Positions 19,532 to 27,460 of a stretch of 46,742 bases of DNA are shown here, in pieces. The position numbers and the translations under genes are program-made. Every line of letters starts with the position of its first letter. The stretch's first letter is position 1. This stretch comes from an uncultured Bacilli bacterium (lineage in GTDB: Bacteria; Bacillota_I; Bacilli_A; RF39; UBA660). The DNA lies in contig CANRKL010000002.1 of the NCBI GenBank assembly GCA_947631205.1, positions 1-46,742 of the forward strand, written 5' to 3'. Below the pieces are notes generated by a model. It had not been told where the DNA came from, made no database searches, and saw nothing but the letters and a program-made list of their open reading frames with translations.

Positions 19532-19637
19532 AAAAATCACCTAGCGTATATTATAACAGAAAAATAAAAAAAAGCTACTTAAAATTCAAACGATTGTTTA
19601 TGTAGAGAAAAAAACTCAAAAAAATTTGAAAAAAAAG

Positions 19638-19666
19638 TTGACAAACAAAAGTGAATCGTTTAATAT
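19638..19666 (+). promoter_or_regulatory. sigma-A type promoter (TTGACA-17-TAATAT) driving a short non-coding transcript
   Basis: Perfect TTGACA at 19638-19643, a 17-nt spacer, and TAATAT at 19661-19666. It is divergent from the sigma-operon promoter. Confidence 0.55.
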
Positions 19667-19671
19667 ATGAG

Positions 19672-19771
19672 CTACCAATTCACTTAAAGGCGAATTGGTG
19701 CTAGTATCACACTAGTCAACCCCTTTTTATTCTTTTTAGTAGTTACCTTAATTGGTAACTACGCTTTTTTT
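19672..19771 (+). ncRNA. candidate ~100-nt small RNA (promoter-to-terminator unit without an ORF)
   Basis: Hairpin 19674-19681/19692-19699 (8 bp), hairpin CTAGT-ATCAC-ACTAG (19701-19715), single-stranded UCAACCCCUUUUUAUUC, then a perfect 9-bp terminator stem (19739-19747/19754-19762) followed by T7. recG appears to have its own TATAAT at 19799-19804. Confidence 0.35.
19739..19771 (+). terminator. rho-independent terminator upstream of recG
   Basis: GTAGTTACC / GGTAACTAC perfect 9-bp stem, 6-nt loop, GC then T7. Confidence 0.8.
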
Positions 19772-19824
19772 ATTATTTGTTTTTTTTAAAAAAATTTGTA
19801 TAATTAAAATGTCAAGGTGGTAAT

Positions 19825-21807
19825 ATGGATTTACAAAATATTAAAGGGATAGGAGAGAAGACTATTCTTTCATTATATGATTCTAAGATTTATAATATTG
19901 ATGATTTAATTAATTTTTTTCCTTATCGTTATGAGATTTTAAAACCTGATATTTTAACTAATACAAATGATGGTGAAAAAGTATGCGTAAATGCTTTAGT
20001 ATCAAGTGAGGTCAAAGTAAGTTTTATTAAAAAAAATTTAAATTCGTTGCGTTTTAAAGCTTTAGTAAATGGTAATCTTGTATGGGTTACGATATTTAAT
20101 CGAGCTTTTTTGAAACAACATTTAAAAATAGGTAAAGAAATAATTATAATGGGAAAATATCTTGCTAAAAATAGAAGTTTTGTAGCTAGTAATATAAAAT
20201 TAGGTAAGTTAGAGAATAAAGAAATTATACCGGTATATCATAATGTAAAAGATATTAAAAGTTCTAAGATAAGTTCTTTTATAGATGAGGCTTTAGCTAA
20301 TTATGAGGCCTTAGAATATATACCTTTAGAATATCAAAAAAAATATCAGTTTATTAAAAAAAATGAGGCTTTAAGAAATATTCATTTTCCTAAAAGTGAA
20401 GAATTATTAAATGAAGCTAAGAGAATGCTTATATATGAAGAATTATTTGTTTTTTTATTTAGAGTACATTATTTAAAGTCTTTAAAAGATAGTGAACTAG
20501 GAATAAGTAAAAATGTTGATTATCAAAAATTAGTAGATTTTCTTAAATCATTACCATTTAGTTTAACTAGTGACCAGAAAAAAGTAATTAAAGAGGGATT
20601 AGAGGACTTTCAATCTAAGAAAAGAATGAATAGATTAGTTTTAGGTGATGTAGGAAGTGGTAAAACAATTGTTGCAACAGCTTTAATGTATTTAAATACT
20701 TTAGCAGGATATCAAAGTGCTTTTTTAGCTCCAACTGAAATATTGGCAACTCAACATTTTTATTCAATTTATAAATTATTAAAAAATTATGGAGTAAATA
20801 TTGAATTATTAATAGGAAGTATGAGTAAAAAAGAAAAGAAAAGTGTAATAAAAAGAGTAAATGATGGTGAGATAGATATTTTAATTGGAACTCACGCTAT
20901 GCTAAACGAAGAACTTACTTTTAATAAATTAGGATTAGTTATAACTGATGAGCAACATCGTTTTGGGGTTAAACAAAGAAAAGATTTACAAGAAAAAGGA
21001 ATTAAGCCTGATGTTTTATTTATGAGTGCTACACCAATTCCTAGAACTTATGCTTTAACAATTTATGGTGATATGGATGTGTCTTTTATTAAAGAAAAGC
21101 CTCAGGGAAGAAAAGAAATAATTACTCAAGTAAAAAAAGAAAGTGATTTAAGAAGTGTATTGTTAAAAGTATTAGAAGAGATTAAAAATAATCATCAAAT
21201 TTATGTGGTTGCTCCAAGACAATTAGAAAGTGATAATAGTGAATTAAAAACTGTTAATTTATTAAAAGAAAAATTTAATATAGCTTTTAATGGGAAAGTG
21301 CCTATAGATGTATTACATGGTAAGTTAAAAGGCAATATAAAAGAAGATATTATGAATAATTTTAAAAATGGAATTACTAAAATACTTATAGCGACCACAG
21401 TTATTGAAGTTGGAGTTAATGTTCCAAATGCAACAACTATGATAATTTTTGATGCTGACCGTTATGGACTTGCAACTTTGCATCAGCTTCGGGGAAGAGT
21501 GGGAAGAAGTGATGTACAAAGTTATTGTTTTTTAATATGTAATAAAGAATTAGAACGGTTAAAAGTTTTAGAAGAAAGTAACGATGGCTTTTATATTAGT
21601 GAAAAAGATTTTGAATTTAGAGGTGAAGGAGATATTTTTGGACAAAGGCAAAGTGGAGATATGACTTTTAAAATAGCAGACTTAAGAAAAAATTATGATG
21701 TTTTTTTACAAGTAAAAGAAGATGTTTTACATTGGTTAGACACTAAAGAGTATTTAAAAATGCCAAGTTATCAAAAAATTATCGAAGAATTAGAATTTAA
21801 TAATTGA
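19825..21807 (+). CDS. recG: ATP-dependent DNA helicase RecG
   Basis: 660 aa. N-terminal wedge/OB region. Walker A GDVGSGKT, DEQHRFG, SATPIPRT, TVIEVGVNVPNAT, HQLRGRVGRS. C-terminal TRG-like RGEGDIFGQRQSG. Confidence 0.93.
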   Translation: MDLQNIKGIGEKTILSLYDSKIYNIDDLINFFPYRYEILKPDILTNTNDGEKVCVNALVSSEVKVSFIKKNLNSLRFKALVNGNLVWVTIFNRAFLKQHLKIGKEIIIMGKYLAKNRSFVASNIKLGKLENKEIIPVYHNVKDIKSSKISSFIDEALANYEALEYIPLEYQKKYQFIKKNEALRNIHFPKSEELLNEAKRMLIYEELFVFLFRVHYLKSLKDSELGISKNVDYQKLVDFLKSLPFSLTSDQKKVIKEGLEDFQSKKRMNRLVLGDVGSGKTIVATALMYLNTLAGYQSAFLAPTEILATQHFYSIYKLLKNYGVNIELLIGSMSKKEKKSVIKRVNDGEIDILIGTHAMLNEELTFNKLGLVITDEQHRFGVKQRKDLQEKGIKPDVLFMSATPIPRTYALTIYGDMDVSFIKEKPQGRKEIITQVKKESDLRSVLLKVLEEIKNNHQIYVVAPRQLESDNSELKTVNLLKEKFNIAFNGKVPIDVLHGKLKGNIKEDIMNNFKNGITKILIATTVIEVGVNVPNATTMIIFDADRYGLATLHQLRGRVGRSDVQSYCFLICNKELERLKVLEESNDGFYISEKDFEFRGEGDIFGQRQSGDMTFKIADLRKNYDVFLQVKEDVLHWLDTKEYLKMPSYQKIIEELEFNN

Positions 21808-21911
21808 CAAAATTTAAAGATTATATTAAGCTGTATATAGCGTAGCTATAAACGCTACGCCGATTCATAATCACGACTTTTAAATGAGAGTGAATCAACA
21901 AACCCCCTGAA

Positions 21912-21939
21912 GGAGCCTTTTTGTGGCTCCATTTTTTTT
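21912..21939 (+). terminator. rho-independent terminator after recG
   Basis: GGAGCC-TTTTTGT-GGCTCC followed by A and T8. Confidence 0.8.
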
Positions 21940-22040
21940 AATCTTAATTTATAATAGTTTATAAAAAAAATAATTTTGATAGTTTGAATCAAGACCTAAT
22001 TACCACACTCGATTGATTATTGTGGTAGATTACGTCAAAT

Positions 22041-22073
22041 TTAAGCAAGAATTAAGTAAGAATTAAGCAAGAT
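22041..22073. repeat. three tandem 11-bp repeats (TTAAGCAAGAA / TTAAGTAAGAA / TTAAGCAAGAT) upstream of the Fic gene promoter
   Basis: Read directly from the sequence. One helical turn per unit. They end 4 nt before the candidate -35 (TTGAGT 22077-22082). Confidence 0.8.
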
Positions 22074-22076
22074 ATA

Positions 22077-22105
22077 TTGAGTTTGAATAAGAATAATAGT
22101 ATAAT
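22077..22105 (+). promoter_or_regulatory. candidate promoter of the Fic gene (TTGAGT-17-TATAAT)
   Basis: TTGAGT at 22077-22082, a 17-nt spacer, and TATAAT at 22100-22105. Confidence 0.45.
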
Positions 22106-22133
22106 AAATATACAAGATTCTGAGGTGAATTTA

Positions 22134-23129
22134 ATGAAAAATTATATACCACCATTTACAATAACGAGTAAAATGATTGATTATGTATCTAGTATTATGG
22201 AAAAAATAGGAAAATTAGATAATTATGCTAATTTTAATAAAATGCCAACATTAAGAAAAAACAATAGAATTCGTTCAATTCATTCTTCTTTAGCAATAGA
22301 AGCAAATTCTTTATCAATTAATCAAGTCAAAGATTTAATTTTGGGCAAAACTGTTATTGGACCCCAAAAAGAAATTCAAGAAGTTAAAAATGCGTATAAG
22401 GCTTATGAAATGATAAATGATGTAAATCCGTATTCTATTAAAGATTTAAAAAAAATACATGAAACTATGACTTATTTAATTGTAAATAATCCTGGAGAAT
22501 TTAGAAAAGGAAATGAAGGAGTATTTGATGAAAATGGTAATTGCATTCATATGTGCCCTTTTCCAGAGCAAGTAAATACATTAATGAATCAATTGTTTGA
22601 TTGGATGAAAAAAAGAAAAAATGACATACATCCATTAATATTATCATCTATTTTTCATTATGAATTTTTATTTATTCATCCTTTTGAAGATGGAAATGGT
22701 AGAACAGCTAGGTTATGGCAAAATATTATTCTTTATAATTGGAAAGAAATATTTGGATATTTACCTATAGAATCAGAATTAAAGAAATATCAAGATGGAT
22801 ATTACAAGGCAATTGCAGACTGCAACAAAAATGGGGATTCTACAATATTTATTGAGTTTATGTTAAAAATGATTGATGAAGTTTTGGAAGAATTAGTTAT
22901 TACTGCTAGCGTGCCTATTACAGAAAAAACAATTAATATTAGAAAATTATTACAGGTAATGGATTATAATGTTCCAATGACGGCAAATGATATTATGAAT
23001 AAATTAGGAATTAAATCAAAAGAAACTTTAAGAAAAACTTATTTAGAACCAGCTATAAATGAGGGACTAGTGGCTCTTACTATTTCCGATAAACCAACTA
23101 GTAAAAATCAAATGTATTATAAAATTTAA
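22134..23129 (+). CDS. Fic-family protein (AMPylase-type Fic domain with C-terminal winged-helix-like region)
   Basis: Canonical Fic motif HPFEDGNGRTARL. Start trimmed from TTG 22077 to ATG 22134, preceded by GAGGTG. N-terminal helix SSLAIEAN resembles the [ST]xxxE[GN] auto-inhibition motif, with Ala at the last position. Confidence 0.85.
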   Translation: MKNYIPPFTITSKMIDYVSSIMEKIGKLDNYANFNKMPTLRKNNRIRSIHSSLAIEANSLSINQVKDLILGKTVIGPQKEIQEVKNAYKAYEMINDVNPYSIKDLKKIHETMTYLIVNNPGEFRKGNEGVFDENGNCIHMCPFPEQVNTLMNQLFDWMKKRKNDIHPLILSSIFHYEFLFIHPFEDGNGRTARLWQNIILYNWKEIFGYLPIESELKKYQDGYYKAIADCNKNGDSTIFIEFMLKMIDEVLEELVITASVPITEKTINIRKLLQVMDYNVPMTANDIMNKLGIKSKETLRKTYLEPAINEGLVALTISDKPTSKNQMYYKI

Positions 23130-23357
23130 ATATAAAAGGTAGTTAAGAAATAAATCTTCGCTACCTTTTTAACTAACAAAATTCCTTTGATTTTAAAAAG
23201 TAAATGAAACTTAGGTGAATAGACAATAAAATTTTAACATGCCTAAAGTAAAATTATAAATCTAATTAACCTTTCGGGATTTTTATTCTTAAAAACTTTC
23301 AATTGTAATTACCTGTTTTGTTTTGTATAATAAAAATGTTGAAAGAAAGTGATTGAA

Positions 23358-24002
23358 ATGAAAAAAAATTTAAAAATAGTTGGTAGTTTTTTAATTTTGT
23401 TTACAACTTTATTATTAATAACAGGTTGTGAAGAAAAAGATTTAACGAAAGGAACGATTGAAAATATGGAATATAGTGAAACAGAAGATGTTACAAATTA
23501 TGTTAAAATTGTTACAAATAAAGATAAAGTAATTATTTTAGAATTATATCCTGAAGTTGCTCCAAAAACAGTTGATAATTTTCAAAAATTAGTTAAAGAA
23601 CATTTTTATGATGGATTAATTTTTCACCGTGTTATAGAAGATTTTATGATACAAGGTGGTGACCCTCTTGGAACAGGAATAGGGGGAAGTGATGAAACAA
23701 TTAAGGGTGAATTTAAAAATAATGGAGTAGAAAATAATTTAAAACATGAAAAAGGTGTAGTTTCCATGGCTCGTAGTCAAGATATGGATTCAGCTTCTAG
23801 TCAATTCTTTATTTGTACAGGAGATAATTTGTCTTATTTAGATGGAGATTATGCAGCCTTTGGGCGTGTTATTGCGGGATATGACACAGTAGAAGACATA
23901 TCTAAAGTAAATACTGATAATAATGATAAGCCTTTAAAAAAACAAAGTATGAAAACAGTTCGTTTTGTAAATATAACAAAGGGAGATGAAGAAGATGAAT
24001 AA
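23358..24002 (+). CDS. cyclophilin-type peptidyl-prolyl isomerase, lipoprotein
   Basis: Signal peptide with lipobox LITGC. Cyclophilin core FHRVIEDFMIQGGDP, MARS..DSASSQFFI. ATG 23358 is preferred over GTG 23349. Confidence 0.88.
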   Translation: MKKNLKIVGSFLILFTTLLLITGCEEKDLTKGTIENMEYSETEDVTNYVKIVTNKDKVIILELYPEVAPKTVDNFQKLVKEHFYDGLIFHRVIEDFMIQGGDPLGTGIGGSDETIKGEFKNNGVENNLKHEKGVVSMARSQDMDSASSQFFICTGDNLSYLDGDYAAFGRVIAGYDTVEDISKVNTDNNDKPLKKQSMKTVRFVNITKGDEEDE

Positions 24003-25638
24003 AGATTTAGTAGAAAGATTACTACCAGGTCTAACTCATGATGTAAGTTATTTTGAAGCCTTATATCCTAAAAGAGATTTAGATGATAATGCTATTGTTA
24101 CAAGATATGCTCCAAGTCCTACTGGTTTTGTTCATTTAGGTAATTTATTTCAATTAGCAATATCTCGCAAGATGGCTTTACAAACTAAAGGGGTTTTATT
24201 TTTAAGAATTGAAGATACAGACCAAGAAAGATATGTGGAAAATGGAATAACTAAAATAATTGAAGCTGTTAAACAGTTTGGATTTACATTTGATGAAGGA
24301 CCAATAAATGAAGATGAACAAATTGGTAAATATGGTCCTTATATTCAAAGTATGAGAAAAGAAATATATCAAACATATGCTAAAGATTTACTTTTAAAAG
24401 GTCTTGCTTATCCTGATTTTACTACTAAAGAAGAATTAGATATTTTAAGAAGTGAACAAGAAAAAAGTAAGAAAAGAATTGGTTATTATGGAAAATGGGC
24501 GAGAAGTAGATTTTTAAGTGAAGAAGAAATTATTAAAAAATTAGATGAAAAAGTTCCTTATATAATTCGATTAAGAAATAATGGCGATTTTAACCGAAAG
24601 GTAACAGTTATAGATGCCATTAGAGGTAAGTTAGAGTTTCCAGAAGATGATATAGACCAAGTTCTTATTAAAAATGATGGACTTCCAACTTATCATTTTG
24701 CTCACGTAATTGATGACCATTTAATGCACACTACTCATGTTATTAGAGGAGATGAATGGTTAAGCAGTCTACCTATACATCTTAACTTATTTAAAATATT
24801 AGGATTTACACCACCAGTCTATGCTCATATTCCACCATTAAGTAAAAAAGAAGGAAATACAATTAGAAAACTATCTAAAAGAAAAGACCCTGAACTTGCG
24901 GTAAGTTATTATCATGAAATGGGAATACCTAATGAAGCTGTTATGCTATATTTAACAACTATTGCTAATTCTAATTTTGAAGAATGGTATTTAAGTCATG
25001 AAGATGAAGATATAGATAATTTTGAAATGAGTTTTAATAAAGTAGGAGTAACTGGAGCTTTATTTGATATGGAAAAATTATTAAATATTTCTAAAAATAT
25101 TTTAAGTAAAATTACAGCTTTAGAAATGTATGATAAAACTCTTTTGTGGGCTAATAATTATGATGAAGACTTTGCGCGTATTTTAAAAGAAAATAAAGAT
25201 ATTGCTGTAAAAACATTTGATATAGAAAGAAATACAGAGAAAAGAAGAAAAGATTTTGCCATGTTTAGTGAAGTTAAAAATAATATCTTTTATATGTTTG
25301 ATGAGTTATTTGTAGCTGATAATTATGAATGGCAAAAAATAAATGATATAGAAGAGATTAAAACAATTTTAACAACTTATATTAATGATTATTATGATAC
25401 TTTAGATGATGAAGAAAGTTGGTTTAATAAAATGAAAGATATGTGTGATAAATTAGGGTATGCTTCTAATATGAAAGAGTACAAAAAAAATCCTGATATT
25501 TATAAGGGAAGTGTAGCAGATTTATCAACAGTTATAAGAGTTGCTTTAACAACAAAAGCTAAGACTCCTAATTTATATGATATAATGCAAATTTTAGGAA
25601 AAGATAAAATAAAAGAACGTTTTAATAGAGTAAAATAA
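23995..25638 (+). CDS. gltX: glutamate--tRNA ligase
   Basis: Class I signature YAPSPTGFVHLGN (HIGH-type) and KLSKRK (KMSKS-type). ATG 23995 sits 8 nt after GGGAGA and overlaps the PPIase stop; it is preferred over ATG 23986. Confidence 0.85.
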   Translation: MNKDLVERLLPGLTHDVSYFEALYPKRDLDDNAIVTRYAPSPTGFVHLGNLFQLAISRKMALQTKGVLFLRIEDTDQERYVENGITKIIEAVKQFGFTFDEGPINEDEQIGKYGPYIQSMRKEIYQTYAKDLLLKGLAYPDFTTKEELDILRSEQEKSKKRIGYYGKWARSRFLSEEEIIKKLDEKVPYIIRLRNNGDFNRKVTVIDAIRGKLEFPEDDIDQVLIKNDGLPTYHFAHVIDDHLMHTTHVIRGDEWLSSLPIHLNLFKILGFTPPVYAHIPPLSKKEGNTIRKLSKRKDPELAVSYYHEMGIPNEAVMLYLTTIANSNFEEWYLSHEDEDIDNFEMSFNKVGVTGALFDMEKLLNISKNILSKITALEMYDKTLLWANNYDEDFARILKENKDIAVKTFDIERNTEKRRKDFAMFSEVKNNIFYMFDELFVADNYEWQKINDIEEIKTILTTYINDYYDTLDDEESWFNKMKDMCDKLGYASNMKEYKKNPDIYKGSVADLSTVIRVALTTKAKTPNLYDIMQILGKDKIKERFNRVK

Positions 25639-26015
25639 TGAAAAAAGAACAATTAGAAAGAATGTTAGAAAAATTAGCTTGCTCTAAATTCCGTTCTTCT
25701 TTTCATTTAAAAGAAAAAGATATATTATACTTAGAAAAAAAGGGATATCAAGAAATAAAAAGACATGCTTATCAATTTATTAAAGAACGACTTGCTCCTA
25801 AAAATCCTATAAATGATGGAAAACAAACACCAATGAGGGGACACCCAGTATTCATATCAGAACATGCAACAGCGACTTGTTGTAGAAGTTGCCTATATAA
25901 ATGGCATCATATAAGTAAAAATAAAGAATTAAGTGAAAATGAAATAAATTATATTGTAAGTATAATAATGTTATGGATTACTAAAGAATATCAAAAAAAT
26001 AAAAATAGTAAATAA
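25638..26015 (+). CDS. DUF4186-family protein
   Basis: 125 aa. CSKFRSSFHL ... NDGKQTPMRGHPVFISEHATATCCRSCLYKWH matches my memory of the DUF4186 core. Start overlaps the gltX stop (TAATG). Confidence 0.65.
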   Translation: MKKEQLERMLEKLACSKFRSSFHLKEKDILYLEKKGYQEIKRHAYQFIKERLAPKNPINDGKQTPMRGHPVFISEHATATCCRSCLYKWHHISKNKELSENEINYIVSIIMLWITKEYQKNKNSK

Positions 26016-26059
26016 TTGTTAAATTATAGTAAAGTTATAATAGAAATGGATAGATAAAT

Positions 26060-27457
26060 ATGAAAAATAAAAAATTTGCGGAAGGATTTTGTTTCAAAAA
26101 ACTATTTATCTTTTTTGTAATAGGTTGCTTATTTGGAACATATTATGAAGAAATATTATGGTTTATTAATAATGGAATTTGGACTAATAGACAAGGAATG
26201 ATTTATGGGCCTTTTAGTCCTATATATGGATTAGGTGTCTTTTTGTTTATAGTTCTATTAGGAAAAAATAATGATAAAAGAAATCTTTTAAAAACATTTA
26301 TTTTTTCTTGTTTAATAGGAGGATTTTCAGAATATTTAACTAGTTTTATTGCTGATAGAGTTTTTGGGGTTGAGTTTTGGGATTACAGTAATTTATTTTT
26401 AAATATTAATGGAAGAACAACTATACCATACATTTTAGCATGGGGATTAATGGGTTCTATTTTAATGAAATTAATTTATCCTTTTATCTCTAAATATATA
26501 GAAAAAATTCCTTTGAAAATAGGGAATATTCTTTATTATATATTATTTGTTTTTATTGTATTAGATTTAGTTATAACTTATAGTGCATTTGGAAGAATGG
26601 CTTTAAGAAATAATGGAGTAGAACCTTTTACAATCATAGGAAAATTATATGATAAATATTATAATAATGAATTTATGTATAAAAAGTTTCCTATCATGCG
26701 TCCTAATGATTTACATAATGGAACAGATAAAGCTTCAAACTTTAATTGGGAGGGAAGTAAAATTATTGGTCATGCTTTTTTCAATATAGATGGAGAAGCT
26801 TATACTAATTCTAAAGAAGCATTTTTAAACGGTTATAATTTAGGTGTTAGAACATTTGAAGTCGATATGGAATTATCAAAAGATAATAAACTTGTGTTAA
26901 TTCATAATTGGGAAAATGATAATATTTTAACAGAAGAAGAATTTTTAAAGACTAAAATAAAAGGAAAATATACTCCTTTAGCATTTACGGATTTATTAGA
27001 TTTTCTAGCCTCTTATCCTGATATTTGGATAGTTACTGATACAAAATATATTAAAGAAGAACTAGTAAAAAAAGAATTTGAAGAAATGGTTAGGATAGCT
27101 AAAGAAACAAGTAGAACAGAATTATTAAATAAATTAGTTATTCAAATATATAACGAAGAAATGTATGATACAGTAAAAAATATTTATCCTTTTAATAATA
27201 TAATATTTACTTTATATCAAAGATGGGACGGTAGTGATATAAATGAATTTGAAAAAATTTGCAAATGGAGTAGTGAACATAATATAAAAGCTGTTACGAT
27301 GTGGACAAATATTTTACGAAAAGAAGTCAAAGACTTAGCTGATAAATATAACTTAGATATTTATGTTTATACGGAAAATGATATAAATTTTGCTAAAGAA
27401 CATATCCTTAATGGGGCAAAAGGAATATATACTGATACTATATATAAATTGGAGTAA
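26060..27457 (+). CDS. fusion of a polytopic membrane domain (PF06541 'ABC-transporter type IV'-like) with a GDPD/PI-PLC-like phosphodiesterase domain
   Basis: The N-terminal ~180 aa carries multiple TM helices and the GPFSPIYGLG motif. The C-terminal ~240 aa has GHAF..TNSKEAF..GVRTFEVDMELSKDNKLVLIHNW (GDPD-like E-x-D and H blocks). Confidence 0.55.
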   Translation: MKNKKFAEGFCFKKLFIFFVIGCLFGTYYEEILWFINNGIWTNRQGMIYGPFSPIYGLGVFLFIVLLGKNNDKRNLLKTFIFSCLIGGFSEYLTSFIADRVFGVEFWDYSNLFLNINGRTTIPYILAWGLMGSILMKLIYPFISKYIEKIPLKIGNILYYILFVFIVLDLVITYSAFGRMALRNNGVEPFTIIGKLYDKYYNNEFMYKKFPIMRPNDLHNGTDKASNFNWEGSKIIGHAFFNIDGEAYTNSKEAFLNGYNLGVRTFEVDMELSKDNKLVLIHNWENDNILTEEEFLKTKIKGKYTPLAFTDLLDFLASYPDIWIVTDTKYIKEELVKKEFEEMVRIAKETSRTELLNKLVIQIYNEEMYDTVKNIYPFNNIIFTLYQRWDGSDINEFEKICKWSSEHNIKAVTMWTNILRKEVKDLADKYNLDIYVYTENDINFAKEHILNGAKGIYTDTIYKLE

Positions 27458-27460
27458 AAA

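Noticed and set aside
15463-19824. An integrative element at tRNA-Gly with att repeats.
   Set aside because: No integrase or recombinase ORF was seen. By eye I found no copy of the tRNA 3' segment (GGGGTTTCGACTACCCTCACTTGCTCCA) near 19.5-19.8 kb. I keep it only as 'old accessory insertion, unproven'.
22077-22133. The TTG start at 22077 for the Fic ORF, as given in the ORF track.
   Set aside because: This stretch contains the likely promoter (TTGAGT-17-TATAAT) and has no SD. ATG 22134 is preceded by GAGGTG at proper spacing.
23130-23357. The long intergenic region after the Fic gene, as a possible ncRNA or remnant gene.
   Set aside because: It contains only a weak hairpin (AGGTAG...CTACCT) and short AT-rich repeats. 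No promoter/terminator pair or coding remnant is recognisable by eye.
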